Shown: piece by piece, positions 1 to 10,600 of the stretch
Position numbering within the stretch: the first letter of the stretch is position 1
Layout: each line of letters begins with the position of its first letter
Assembly: GCA_963794805.1 (NCBI GenBank)
Contig: CAWCFL010000016.1
Location: forward strand, 37,455-101,454
Length of the DNA: 64,000 nt
Direction: 5' to 3'
Origin: an uncultured Acidimicrobiales bacterium
GTDB taxonomy: Bacteria; Actinomycetota; Acidimicrobiia; Acidimicrobiales; Ilumatobacteraceae
Program-made: the position numbers and the translations under genes
The notes under the pieces: generated by a model
Seen by the model: the letters and a program-made list of their open reading frames with translations, nothing else
Told to the model about the DNA's origin: nothing
The model's database searches: none

Positions 1-16
1 CGTCGATCGTCCGCGA

Positions 17-1615
17 TCACTCGGTCGCGTGCAGCAGCCCGTAGACGATGCCCTCCTCGAGGGCGCGCCACGAAGCTTCGATGATGTTCGGGCTCACGCC
101 GATCGTGGTCCACGTGCGGTTGCCGTCGGTGGCGTCGATCAACACACGGGTGACGGCGCCTGTCGCCGTCGCCCCGTCGAGGATGCGCACCTTGTAGTCG
201 GTGAGGTGGATGCGGTCGAGCTGCGGATAGGTGCCGCGCAATGCGGCGCGCAGCGCCGAGTCGATCGCGTTGACCGGACCATTGCCTTCCGCGGTGTGCA
301 CGTGGCGCTGCTCGACGCCGCGCGCGTCGGGCGCCCACACCTTGACCGTCGCCTCGGTGGTGAATCCGGCGGTGGCGTGCTCGTCGGTGATCACGCGCAT
401 GCTCTCGACACGGAACATCTCCTGCTCCCACCCGCCGGCACGACGCATGAGCAGCTCCAACGACGCGTCCGCGGCCTCGAAGTGGTAGCCCTCGTGCTCC
501 AACCGCTTGAGGTCGTCGATCACCTCGTTCACGGCCGGGCCGTCGAGCGGCAGACCGAGCTCCTCGGCCTTGATCTGGATGGTCGCCCGGCCGGCCATCT
601 CGCTGACGACGAAGCGGGTGCCGTTCCCGACCAGCTCCGGATCGACGTGCTCGTAGGCGTCCTTCGCCCGCTTGATCGCGCTGACGTGCAGACCGGCCTT
701 GTGGGCGAACGCGCTCGCGCCGACGTACGGCGCCTGCGGGTTCAGCGGCCGGTTGAGCACCTCGGCCACGTGGTGGCTCACCGACGTCAGCCGCTCGAGA
801 CGACCCTCGGGCAGGCAGCGCAGACCGAGCTTGAGCTCCAGGTTGGGGATGACGGTGGTGAGGTTGCAGTTGCCGGTCCGCTCCCCCAGGCCGTTGAGCG
901 TGCCCTGCACATGACGTGCGCCGCCGCGCACCGCGGCCATCGAGTTGGCCACCGCGCAGCCGGTGTCGTCGTGGCAGTGGATGCCGATGATCACGTCGCT
1001 GCCGACGTGGCGGTGCACGTCGCCGACGATCTGCTCCACCTCGTGGGGCAACGACCCGCCGTTCGTGTCGCACAGCACGACGTGCGTCGCCCCGTTGACC
1101 ACCGCCGCTTCCAGTGCTCGCAGGGCGAACTCCGGGTTGCGCTTGAACCCGTCGAAGAAGTGCTCCATGTCGACGAGCACGCGCCGTCCGGCGCCGGTGA
1201 GGAAGCGCACGGAGTCGGCGATCATCGCCTCGCCCTCGTCGAGCGTGGTCTGCAGCGCCTCGAGCACGTGGTAGTCCCAGCTCTTGGCGACGATGCACAC
1301 CGCCGACGTGCCGGCGTCGAGCAGGTTGCGCAACGTCGCATCGTCGTCGCTGCGACCCTTCGGACGGCGGGTGCTGCCGAAGGCCACCATCGTGGAGGTC
1401 GACAGCTGCAGCTCGTGCTGGGCGCGCTGGAAGAACTCGATGTCCTTCGGGTTGGCCCCCGGCCAGCCACCCTCGATGTACTGCACGCCGAGGTGGTCGA
1501 GCTGCTCGGCGATGCGCAGCTTGTCGTCGACGGTGGCCGACACCCCCTCCACCTGCAAGCCGTCGCGCAAGGTGGTGTCGAAGACCTCGATCCGGTCGTC
1601 GGTCATGCTCGTCAC
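17..1615 (-). CDS. cimA: (R)-citramalate synthase / 2-isopropylmalate synthase family enzyme (LeuA/CimA), 532 aa
   Basis: Intact 532-aa ORF with HMGL-like barrel motifs (FDTTLRDG, HCHDDTGCAVANS, GLGERTGN) and a C-terminal LeuA-type regulatory domain. It is preceded by an Ile-codon leader peptide plus terminator, whereas a separate longer leuA with a Leu-codon leader lies at 29252. Assignment to the isoleucine (citramalate) branch is an inference from that regulation. Start is GTG at 1615 or ATG at 1606. Confidence 0.7.
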   Translation of the reverse strand: MTSMTDDRIEVFDTTLRDGLQVEGVSATVDDKLRIAEQLDHLGVQYIEGGWPGANPKDIEFFQRAQHELQLSTSTMVAFGSTRRPKGRSDDDATLRNLLDAGTSAVCIVAKSWDYHVLEALQTTLDEGEAMIADSVRFLTGAGRRVLVDMEHFFDGFKRNPEFALRALEAAVVNGATHVVLCDTNGGSLPHEVEQIVGDVHRHVGSDVIIGIHCHDDTGCAVANSMAAVRGGARHVQGTLNGLGERTGNCNLTTVIPNLELKLGLRCLPEGRLERLTSVSHHVAEVLNRPLNPQAPYVGASAFAHKAGLHVSAIKRAKDAYEHVDPELVGNGTRFVVSEMAGRATIQIKAEELGLPLDGPAVNEVIDDLKRLEHEGYHFEAADASLELLMRRAGGWEQEMFRVESMRVITDEHATAGFTTEATVKVWAPDARGVEQRHVHTAEGNGPVNAIDSALRAALRGTYPQLDRIHLTDYKVRILDGATATGAVTRVLIDATDGNRTWTTIGVSPNIIEASWRALEEGIVYGLLHATE

Positions 1616-1624
1616 TCGTTTCGT

Positions 1625-1659
1625 CTCGGGAAATGAAAGAGCCGCCCGGAGGGCGGCTC
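1625..1659 (-). terminator. Intrinsic terminator/attenuator hairpin (GAGCCGCCC-UCC-GGGCGGCUC) followed by UUUCAUUUCCC, 10-20 nt upstream of the cimA-like start
   Basis: Perfect 9-bp GC stem with a 3-nt loop, then a U-rich tract on the minus-strand transcript. The position between the Ile leader peptide and the structural gene fits a ribosome-mediated attenuator. Confidence 0.6.
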
Positions 1660-1689
1660 AGGTGCGCACGACGGCCGAGGCCGGGTGCG

Positions 1690-1725
1690 CTAGCGAATGA
1701 TGATGATGGTGTGGGTCGCCGTCAT
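1690..1725 (-). CDS. Leader peptide MTATHTIIIIR (11 codons, four consecutive Ile codons ATC ATC ATC ATT) of a transcription attenuator
   Basis: Read directly from the minus strand: ATG ACG GCG ACC CAC ACC ATC ATC ATC ATT CGC TAG. No SD. A TTGACG-N17-TTGAAT promoter-like element ends 9 nt upstream, so it is probably a leaderless transcript. A terminator hairpin follows ~30 nt downstream, just ahead of the cimA-like start. Confidence 0.6.
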   Translation of the reverse strand: MTATHTIIIIR

Positions 1726-2607
1726 GCGTCGACCATTCAACCGGAGTGCCGCCGCGCCGTCAACGGCAGATGTCCGGACTGTGCACAACATGTGCGCCGG
1801 CGGTGGACAGCCGGCGACGTTCTGGGGATTTCGGGGAACTTCGGTGGACAACCCTGGGGATTCGAAAAGACCACTTGACCTGGGATGATGCGGCGTCCAG
1901 AGTGTGCCGTGTACCGGAGAGCGCACGCCGACCGGGACCCGAGGAACGGTGCCGGAAGGCGGCACGGCCAGTAATGGTCGTGGCGGTGGACGGAGGGCCA
2001 ACCGGGTCCACGAGGCGCAGCGAGCCGGCACAGGGGACGATCCGTCCTCGCCGAGGAGGTCGTGGGCTCGCCCACGACGGAGGCGGCGGGGGGCTCGGGC
2101 AGGTGCCTCGGTGGCGACACCGCGGTGGCCGTCGGGCACAGCGGGTTCGCTGCACCGGCTCGCCGGGGTGGAGGGCTCGTGGCGTGGGAAGCGTGCCGGG
2201 CTCGCCCGGTCCGTGGAGCTCGCCGAACGTCGGGACGCGCCGTCCGGTTCGCCGGGTGGTGGCGCCGACAAACGGAATCGCCCGCCGGCTTGCGCCGACG
2301 GGCGATGTCATTGATCGGGCTTCAGGCTAACGCCGGCAGATCGATCAGTGGTGGATCTCCCCGTCTGATCCGCCCCGGGCGGCGCAGGACAGCGGCTTCG
2401 GCTGCGGCCCAGCGCCCCCGGGGCGTTTCGCTGTACAGCGGCACCACCAATGCCACCGCCGCGTAACCACCGGGCGCGCCAGTGCTTGGGTCCGTGGGCA
2501 TCGCCGACGCGCTGGCGCGTGACGGCGCGACCGCCAGGGAGCCCGTCACAGGAGGGGAGCGGCGAAAGCGAGCGCAGCGAGCGGACGCCAGTCCCCGACC
2601 ACCAGAA

Positions 2608-3522
2608 CTAGACGAGCTCGCACCAGTCCTTGTACTTGCCTTCTTCGCCGCGCACGGCTCGGGCGTAGACGTCGGCGATGGCCTTGGTCATCGGGCCGGG
2701 GCACGGGATCTGGCGGTCGTCGACCGAGTTGACCGAGCTGATCTCGGCCGCCGTACCGCAGACGAACAGCTCCTCGGCGATGTACAGGTCGCTGCGGGCG
2801 ATGTTGTCGACGCGCACCTCGAAACCCAGATCGCCGGCGATGGCGTGCACCGAGCTCTGGGTGATCCCCTCCAACGCGCCGGCCGAGATCGGCGGGGTGA
2901 GGATGATCCCGTTGCGCACGCAGAAGATGTTCTCGCCGGTGCACTCGGCGACGAGACCGTCGGGGGCGAGCATGATCGCCTCGTCGTAGCCGGCCTTCAG
3001 CGCCTCCACCTTGGCCAGCGAGGAGTTGACGTAGTTGCCGACGGTCTTGGCCGCCGGCGGCATGGTGTTGTGGTCGTGGCGGGTCCACGAGGAGATCTTC
3101 ATCCGCACGCCCTTCTCCACGGCGTCCGGTCCGAGGTAGGCACCCCACGGCCAGCAGGCGATGGCCACGTCGACGGTGCACGGCAGCGTGTTCAACCCCA
3201 TCTCGCCGTAGCCGTAGTAGGCGATCGGGCGGATGTAGCACGACGGCAGGCCCGTGGACGCGACCGTCGCCTTGGTGGCGTCCACCAGCTCCTCGACGGA
3301 GTAGGGGATCTCCATCCCGAGGATCTTCGCCGAGTTGTGCAGGCGGACGATGTGCTCGGTGAGACGGAACACCGCCGGGCCCTGCGAGGTCTCGTACGCC
3401 CGGATGCCCTCGAACACGCCCGTGCCGTAGTGCAGGGTGTGGGTGAGCACGTGGATCCTGGCCTGGTCCCAGTCGACCAGGTTCCCGTTCATCCAGATCT
3501 TCGACGTCGGTTGGATGGGCAT
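2608..3522 (-). CDS. ilvE: Branched-chain amino acid aminotransferase
   Basis: ORF 2608..3609. The conserved class-IV aminotransferase core begins at MPIQPTSKIWMNGNLVDWDQARIHVLTHTLHYGTGVFEGIRAY. The likely start is the internal ATG at 3522; the upstream extension would overlap the leuB stop. Confidence 0.85.
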   Translation of the reverse strand: MPIQPTSKIWMNGNLVDWDQARIHVLTHTLHYGTGVFEGIRAYETSQGPAVFRLTEHIVRLHNSAKILGMEIPYSVEELVDATKATVASTGLPSCYIRPIAYYGYGEMGLNTLPCTVDVAIACWPWGAYLGPDAVEKGVRMKISSWTRHDHNTMPPAAKTVGNYVNSSLAKVEALKAGYDEAIMLAPDGLVAECTGENIFCVRNGIILTPPISAGALEGITQSSVHAIAGDLGFEVRVDNIARSDLYIAEELFVCGTAAEISSVNSVDDRQIPCPGPMTKAIADVYARAVRGEEGKYKDWCELV

Positions 3523-3577
3523 GCGCGGCACTCCGTCAGTGGGGGAACCCCCTGGCTCCCGTGGGTTCGTGGATCCC

Positions 3578-4573
3578 CTAGCCTGCCACCTGGGCGGCGA
3601 GCTGTGCACCGATCTCGCGGGTGGTGCCGGTACCCGGGTGGGCCGCGCACGCCGCGCGGATGCGTCCGGCGGCGTCGGTCTCGCCGAGGAAGTCGAGCAT
3701 CATCGCCGCGCTGAGCACGGCGGCGATCGGGTTGGCCGTGCCCGTGCCGACGATGTCGGGCGCCGACCCGTGGACCGGCTCGAACATCGACGGCCCGGTG
3801 CGCGCCGGGTTCAGGTTGGCGGACGAGGCCAACCCGATCCCTCCGCTCACGGCGCCGCCGAGGTCGGTGAGGATGTCGCCGAAGAGGTTGTCGGTGACCA
3901 CCACGTCGTAGCGCTGGGGGTCCTGGACGAAGTAGATGCACGCCGCGTCGACGTGGTTGTACGCGGTGGTGATGTCCGGGTAGTCCGACGCCACCTCGTT
4001 GACGGTGCGCTGCCACAGGTCGCCGGAGAAGGTCAGCACGTTGGTCTTGTGCACCAGCGTGAGGTGCTTGCGTTGTCGTGTGGCGGCGAGCTCGAACGCG
4101 TAGCGCACGCAACGCTCCACGCCGAGGCGGGTGTTCACCGAGCCCTGCGTGGCCACCTCGTTGGGTGTGCCCCGGCGCAGCACGCCGCCCTCCCCCACGT
4201 ACGGGCCTTCGGTGTTCTCGCGGATGACGATGAAGTCGTGTGGCGTCTCGTGTCCCGGCCCGGTGCCGATGAACGGCCGCTGGTTGACGTACAGGTCGAG
4301 GTCGAAGCGCATCTTCAACAACAGGCCGCGCTCGATCACCCCCGGCGGCACCTCGGGGGTGCCGACCGCGCCGAGCAGGATGGCATCGAAGCCGCGGAGC
4401 TCGTCGAGCGTCGCGTCGCTGAGGATCTCCCCGTCGCGCAGGTAGCGGGCCCCGCCGAGGTCGAAATCGGTCGTGTCGATCTCCACCCCGGCGGCACGCA
4501 CCACGCCCACCGCCTCGGCGATCACCTCCGGGCCGATGCCGTCGCCGCCGATCACTGCAATCCGATGCGCCAT
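3578..4573 (-). CDS. leuB: 3-isopropylmalate dehydrogenase
   Basis: The ORF runs to 4672 but the conserved N-terminus is [17 protein letters not shown] (start ~4573). Typical IMDH motifs are present ([34 protein letters not shown]). Confidence 0.85.
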   Translation of the reverse strand: MAHRIAVIGGDGIGPEVIAEAVGVVRAAGVEIDTTDFDLGGARYLRDGEILSDATLDELRGFDAILLGAVGTPEVPPGVIERGLLLKMRFDLDLYVNQRPFIGTGPGHETPHDFIVIRENTEGPYVGEGGVLRRGTPNEVATQGSVNTRLGVERCVRYAFELAATRQRKHLTLVHKTNVLTFSGDLWQRTVNEVASDYPDITTAYNHVDAACIYFVQDPQRYDVVVTDNLFGDILTDLGGAVSGGIGLASSANLNPARTGPSMFEPVHGSAPDIVGTGTANPIAAVLSAAMMLDFLGETDAAGRIRAACAAHPGTGTTREIGAQLAAQVAG

Positions 4574-4687
4574 GGCCGGCGACGGTACCGCGCTGCCGGC
4601 GTCCAGGTCCTCACGCCCGCCCGGACGACGCCGGTCCACCCGCGTGCCGAGGCTGCGTTCGACCTGCCGCAAGTAGGGTGGCTGGCC

Positions 4688-5161
4688 ATGGCGACGACCC
4701 AGCTCTCACGCGCCGCGTACGAACGACTGCAGGCCGAGTTCGAGGACTTGACCACCCGCGGCCGCATCGAGGTGGCCCAGAAGATCGAGGCGGCCCGCCT
4801 GCTCGGCGACCTCAGCGAGAACGGCGACTACCACGCGGCGAAGGACGAGCAAGGCCACATGGAGGGCCGCATCCGCCACCTCGAGCACCTGCTGGAGACG
4901 TCGGAGATCATCGAAGGCTCCGACGACGGCAGCGTCGCCACCGGCAGCATCGTCACCATCGTCTACGAGGGCGACTCCCGGGACATGGCCGAGCGGTACC
5001 TCATCGGCCACATGGAGGAGAAGACCGGCGAGCTCGACGTCGTCAGCCCCAGCTCGCCACTCGGGTCGGCGCTGCTCGGCAAGCGCCCGGGCGCGACCGT
5101 CGAGTACCAGGCGCCGAACGGCACGTTGCGCGTCGAGCTCCTCGAGGTCGAGGCGTCCTGA
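4688..5161 (+). CDS. greA: Transcription elongation factor GreA
   Basis: 158-aa product [21 protein letters not shown]...[14 protein letters not shown]...[18 protein letters not shown]. The ORF track lists it as the tail of a longer spurious ORF. It is divergent from leuB. Confidence 0.85.
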   Translation: MATTQLSRAAYERLQAEFEDLTTRGRIEVAQKIEAARLLGDLSENGDYHAAKDEQGHMEGRIRHLEHLLETSEIIEGSDDGSVATGSIVTIVYEGDSRDMAERYLIGHMEEKTGELDVVSPSSPLGSALLGKRPGATVEYQAPNGTLRVELLEVEAS

Positions 5162-5177
5162 CAGGGGCGCACCGCCG

Positions 5178-6065
5178 ATGCCCGCCGACACCGACACCGA
5201 GATCGCGGCCCCAGGCCATGTCGACCACGGCGTGCGCATCCCCGACCTCCCCCACGGCGGCCCGGTCGAGCTGCCCGGGCGGGGCACCACGTTCGCCCGC
5301 CACATCAGCGGCCCGCCGGGCGCGCCCGTGCTGCTGCTGCTCCACGGCTGGACGGCCAACGCCGACCTGAACTTCTTCACCTGCTACCGCGAGCTCGGCG
5401 AGCACTTCCGGGTGGTGGCCATCGACCACCGCGGCCACGGCAGGGGCATCCGCAGCCGACGGACGTTCCGCCTGGAGGACTGTGCCGACGACGCCGCCGC
5501 GCTGTGCGACGTGCTCGGCATCCGCCGGGTCATCCCCATCGGCTACTCGATGGGCGGCACGGTCGCCCAGCTGATGTGGCGGCGCCATCCGCAGATCGTC
5601 CAGGGCCTCGTGCTGTGCGCCACGTCCACCTACTTCCGGCGGTCGCGCGAGGAGCGCCTCGGGTTCATCGGCCTCGGCGGCCTGGCCCGGCTGGCGCGCA
5701 TCGCGCCCGTCCAGGCGCGGTCGTGGCTCCTGCACCACTTCTACCTGAAGGGCAAGGCCGGCACGTGGGAGCCGTGGGCCTTGGAGCAGGTGGCCCAGCA
5801 CGACTGGCGCATGGTCCTGGAGGCTGGTCGGGCGATCGGTGCGTACGACGCCCGGCCGTGGATCTCGTCGGTCGACGTGCCGACGAGCACCGTGGTGACG
5901 ATGCGCGATCAGGTCGTCCCGGTGCGCCGGCAGATCCGGCTGTTCCAGGGGATCGAGGATTGCGAGGCCTTCCGCGTGGACGGCGACCACGACGCGATCC
6001 TCGCCCGTCGCGAGTTCCCCGGCCTGCTCGTGCGCGCCTGTGAGTCCGTGGTCACCCGGTCGTGA
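5178..6065 (+). CDS. Alpha/beta-hydrolase fold protein
   Basis: 295 aa with HGW oxyanion motif and a GYSMGG nucleophile elbow. Confidence 0.7.
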   Translation: MPADTDTEIAAPGHVDHGVRIPDLPHGGPVELPGRGTTFARHISGPPGAPVLLLLHGWTANADLNFFTCYRELGEHFRVVAIDHRGHGRGIRSRRTFRLEDCADDAAALCDVLGIRRVIPIGYSMGGTVAQLMWRRHPQIVQGLVLCATSTYFRRSREERLGFIGLGGLARLARIAPVQARSWLLHHFYLKGKAGTWEPWALEQVAQHDWRMVLEAGRAIGAYDARPWISSVDVPTSTVVTMRDQVVPVRRQIRLFQGIEDCEAFRVDGDHDAILARREFPGLLVRACESVVTRS

Positions 6066-6128
6066 GGTGGCGCCACCGGCGTGCCGCACTGACCGGCCTC
6101 GCGGCGCTCGGCGTCGTCGCCACCGCAG

Positions 6129-7583
6129 GTGGACTGTTCGCCAGACGTCGCCGAGCGCGATGCAGGTCCTCCGGGACAAGCCACTGACGGCGTCGCCGTG
6201 CGAGGGTCCCGCCGGGCGCGCAACGTGGACCTCGCCAGGCTGGGCGCATCGGTCGGGACGGTCTACGCCTCCACCTCGGCGCGCAAGCTGTTCGCCTCCG
6301 CCGAGCGGCGCATCGAGCTCGACCACGAGCGCGAGCTGCGCACCGCCGACGCCGTCGCCGACCGTCTCGGCAACATGAAGGGCGCACTGATGAAGCTCGG
6401 CCAGATGGCCAGCTACCTCGACGAGGGGCTGCCGGCGCCGCTTCGTGAGGCGCTCTCCCGCCTGCAGGCCAACGCCCCGGCCATGAGCGCCGAGCTGGCC
6501 GCCGAGGTCATCGAGCGCGAGCTCGGCGCACCGCCCGAGCGCCTCTTCGTCGAGTGGGATCCGCTGCCGATCGCCGCGGCGAGCATCGGCCAGGTGCACC
6601 GCGCCGTCGTGATCGACCCGGCCGGTGTGGAGCGTGCCGTCGCCGTCAAGGTCCAGTACCCGGGTGTCGCCGAGGCGATCGAGAGCGATCTGCGCAACGC
6701 CGACCTGCTCGGCGCGCTGCTGCGCCAGGGCTTCGGCGGGCTGGACCCCGACGAGATGGTCGCCGAGGTCAAGGAGCGGCTCGTCGAGGAGCTCGACTAC
6801 CGGCTGGAGGCGACGAACCAGCAACGCTTCGCCGACTACTACCGGGACCACCCGTTCATCAGCGTGCCCTCGGTGCTCCTCGGGCTGTCCACCGGGAAGG
6901 TGCTGACCACCGAGCTGGTCAGCGGCTCGACGTGGTCCGAGCTGCTCACCTGGGACCAACGCCAGCGCGACATGGCCGGCGAGTGCCTGTTCCGCTTCGT
7001 GTTCCGCTCGCTGTACGGGATGCACGCCTTCAACGGCGATCCGCATCCGGGCAACTACCTGTTCCACGGCGACGGCCGGGTCACGTTCCTCGACTTCGGG
7101 CTCGTCAAGCACTTCGCCGACGACGAGATCGCCACGTTCATCGGCATGGTCCGCGCCGCGGCGTACGACCACGATCCGAGCGCGTTCCGCCGGATCCTCG
7201 AACGCGCCGGGATGCTCCGACCGGGAGCGCCGGCGACCGACGACGAGGTCGGCGAGTACTTCAGCCAGTTCTACGAGAGCGTGCGCGAGGACGGTCCAGT
7301 CACCTGGAGCAGCGAGTACTCCAGCCGGATCGTGCGCCACACGTTCGACCGGACGAGCCCGATCGCCCAGTACGCCACGGTGCCGCGGGCCTTCGTGTTC
7401 ATCCAACGGATCAACCTCGGCCTCTACGCGCTGCTCGGCGACCTGCGCGCGACGGGCAACTACCGACGCATCGCCGAGGAGCTGTGGCCGTTCGTCGATC
7501 GACCGCCGAGCAGCCCGATGGCGGTCGCCGAGCAGACCTGGCTGGCCACCCATCCCATCCCCGCCGTCACCCTCCGAGCCTGA
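6129..7583 (+). CDS. ABC1/UbiB-family atypical protein kinase
   Basis: ABC1 domain motifs are present (MKGALMKLGQMAS, PIAAASIGQVHRAV, NGDPHPGN, FLDFGL). The true start may be further upstream (GTG ~6062 with a TM segment) across a frameshift. Confidence 0.75.
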   Translation: MDCSPDVAERDAGPPGQATDGVAVRGSRRARNVDLARLGASVGTVYASTSARKLFASAERRIELDHERELRTADAVADRLGNMKGALMKLGQMASYLDEGLPAPLREALSRLQANAPAMSAELAAEVIERELGAPPERLFVEWDPLPIAAASIGQVHRAVVIDPAGVERAVAVKVQYPGVAEAIESDLRNADLLGALLRQGFGGLDPDEMVAEVKERLVEELDYRLEATNQQRFADYYRDHPFISVPSVLLGLSTGKVLTTELVSGSTWSELLTWDQRQRDMAGECLFRFVFRSLYGMHAFNGDPHPGNYLFHGDGRVTFLDFGLVKHFADDEIATFIGMVRAAAYDHDPSAFRRILERAGMLRPGAPATDDEVGEYFSQFYESVREDGPVTWSSEYSSRIVRHTFDRTSPIAQYATVPRAFVFIQRINLGLYALLGDLRATGNYRRIAEELWPFVDRPPSSPMAVAEQTWLATHPIPAVTLRA

Positions 7584-7653
7584 CGCACCGTCGCACCGCA
7601 CCGACCGTTGTGAGCGTCAAGACGGCAACCTGACGCCGGATCGCGCCGGCCGC

Positions 7654-10600
7654 TCAGCGTGGCAGCGGGCGCGGCGGGATCAGGCGGCCGGCGCGGTGGC
7701 GGGTGATGCTCACCGACTGCTCGCGCATCCAGCGGATCAGCTCGACGCCGCCGTCGGCCGCGACCGGCGCGTCGTCGACGGCGACGTCGGCGTCGTGCGC
7801 CGCCCTGCGCAGATCGTCGCTCGCCGTCGACGTGAGCATCCGCAGACGGTCGGGCCGTAATTCGGCCAGGAGCGTCGCGAGCGCAGCATCCGGCTCGGTG
7901 CCGGCGTCGGAGACGGTGAGTCGCACACCACAGGTCGCCGCCGCGACGGCTGCCGCGTCGAGTGCGCCCGTCGGCGTGTCCGGCCCGGTGCGCACCACCA
8001 CGTGGTGCAGCGAGCGGTATCGCAGGACGTTGCCCTCGCTGCGCAGGCCGCTCGGATCGTGCTCCACCGAGAACGTCGAGGCCCACGCGGTGGCGTAGGA
8101 CGCGCTCGCCGCGTCGACGTCGACCGGCGTGGCGGGCGGTCGGGTGAGCCCCGCCACCTGGTGCGGACCGCCAGACTTCGGTGCACCGCCGACGGCCGAG
8201 CGCTTCCACCCGCCGAACGGCTGACGGCGCACGATCGCCCCGGTGATGTGTCGGTTGACGTAGGCGTTGCCGACCTCGACGTGGCGCAGCCAGCGGTCGA
8301 CCTCGTGCTCGTCGAGCGAGTGGATCCCGCCGGTGAGCCCGAACGGCGTTCCGTTCTGCAACTCGATCGCCTCGTCGAGGTCGGCGGCGCGGATCACGCC
8401 GAGGATCGGCCCGAAGCACTCCGTCTGGTGGAACCACGATCCCGGGCGCACACCGAGCCGCACACCGGGAGACCACAGGCGGTCGCTGTCGTCCAGCGAA
8501 CGGGGCTCGACGAGCCACGACTCGCCGTCGTCGAGCACGGTGAGCCCGCGGCGCAGCACCCGCCCCGGCGGGGTGATGAGCGGCCCCATCGTGGTCGCCG
8601 GATCGTTCGGCCAGCCCGTGCGCAACGTGCGCACGGCCGCGGCCAGCCGGGTGAGGAAGCTGCCGTCGTCGTGCACGCCCGGGGTGAGCACCAGGAGGCT
8701 GGCCGCCGAGCACTTCTGACCGGCGTGACCGAACGCCGACCGGACGATGTCGCGGATCGAGGCGTCGACGTCGGCCGACCCCGTGACGACGACCGTGTTC
8801 TTGCCACTCGTCTCGGCGAACAGCCGCATCGACGGCTTCCAGTCGAGGAACAGGCGCGCTGTGTCGTGTGCGCCGGTGAGCACGACGGCGTCGACGTCGG
8901 GGTGGGTCACGAGCCGGCGTCCGACGTCGTCGTCCTGGCAGGTGACGAACTGGAGCACATCGTCGGGCACGCCGGCGCGCCAGCACTGCTGAGCCAGCAG
9001 CCAGGCGGTGCGCCGGGTCTCCGGCGGCGGCTTGAGCACCACGGCGTTGCCGGCCATGAGCGCCGCGAGCACGCCGCCGGCGGGGATCGCGTACGGGAAG
9101 TTCCACGGGGAGGCGACCACCACGACACCGAGAGGAGCGGCATCAGTCGGCAGCACTGCGGTGGCGGCGTACCTGGCGGAGTCGACGGCCTCGCTCACCT
9201 CTGGGTCGGCCTCGCGGACGGTCTTGCCCGCCTCGTCGGCCATCAGGGCGATGGCCGCGGGGCGCTCGGCCGACATCACCTCGGCGACCGCGCGCAGCAC
9301 GGCGGCGCGCGCCGCCGGCGACCGCCGAGCCCACGCGGCGCACGCCTCGACCGACCGGGCGACCACGGCATCGATCCCGGCCACCGCGTCGACGAACGGG
9401 AAGTCGGTGCAACCCGACGGTGCGGCCATCGCCGCCCAGACCGCGTCGCGCGCCGCGGCCGACGTGAAGTCCGTGTCCGGTTCGTTGGCGAACGCTCCGC
9501 CGGCGAGCACCCGAGCCACGTGCGGATCCGGTCCCGGCCGCCTGGCCACCGTCGACACGCCGGTGCGTTCGACGACAGCGGCCCGGAACCGTCGTTCCTG
9601 CTCGTGCCATGCAGCGGAAGCCGGGCGCATGCGGAACATCGCCCGCAGGAAGTTCTCCGGCGTGGTGTTCTCGTCGAACCGCCGGGCCAGGTAGGCGAGG
9701 CTCGCGTCGAGCTCGTCGGCGCGCACGATCGGGCAGTACAGCAACAGCCCACCGGCATCGGCCTGCACCGCGCGGGCCTGCGCCGGCACCATGCCCTCCA
9801 ACATCTCGATCTCGAGGCGGCCGCGCTCCGCGGGAGCCAGAAGTTCGCGACGTTCCAGCCCCCACGCGACGTCGAACAGGTTGTGGGTGGCGAGACCGAC
9901 GCGCACCGCGCTCGACCATGCCGGTCGCAGGGCCGAGTCCAACAGGCGCTTGGCGCTGGCGTCGGTCTGGGCCTTCGTCGAGTACGGCGCGGACGCCCAC
10001 CCGTGCTGCTCGGCGTCGACCTCCTCCATCGCCAGGTTGGCGCCCTTGACGATGCGCACCTTGATCGGGGCGCCACCGGCGGCGACGCGCGGACGCCCAG
10101 GTCCCGAGCGCTCCGAGCACGTCGTGCGCGTCGGGCAGGTACGCCTGGACGACGATCCCGGCGGACATCGCACGGAACGCGTCCTCGTCGAGCACGAGCA
10201 TGAAGGCGGCGACGGTGAGGTGGAGGTCGGCGTACTCCTCCATGTCGAGGTTGACGAAGACCGGTGGCTCCGCGCGACCGGCGGCATCGAGCACGCGTCG
10301 CAAGGCAGCGCCCACCCGCTCGACGCTGTGGTGGAACGCCGCCACGTCGAGCTGGGCGCACAGCGCGGAGATCTTGACGGACACGTAGTCCACGTCCACG
10401 CGGGCGATCAGGGCGAGCACCCGGGCGATCCGCTGCTCGGCCTCGGCGTCGCTCAGGATCGCCTCGCCGAGCAGGTTGACGTTCAGCGCCACGCCGGCGC
10501 CGACCCGCCGCGCGATGTGCCGGCGGAGCGCCGGGTCGTTCGCCGGGATCACCAGGCCTCTCGTCTCGGCGACGATCCGCCGGCGAACGAGCGGCATCAC

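Noticed and set aside
1746-2330. 194-aa and neighbouring ORFs in the ilvE-cimA spacer
   Set aside because: Third-position GC is not elevated relative to positions 1 and 2, and the translation is Arg/Gly-rich with no homology signal. Treated as non-coding.
5043-7601. 852-aa minus-strand ORF antisense to the hydrolase and ABC1 kinase genes
   Set aside because: Low-complexity Arg/Gly/Asp-rich translation with no recognisable domain. The plus-strand genes have clear motifs.
8002-10203. 733-aa plus-strand ORF and 548-aa minus-strand ORF (7460..9106) across the putA region
   Set aside because: Arg/Gly/His-rich low-complexity translations with no motifs. They are typical antisense or off-frame shadow ORFs of a 72% GC gene, and the true PutA frames account for the region.
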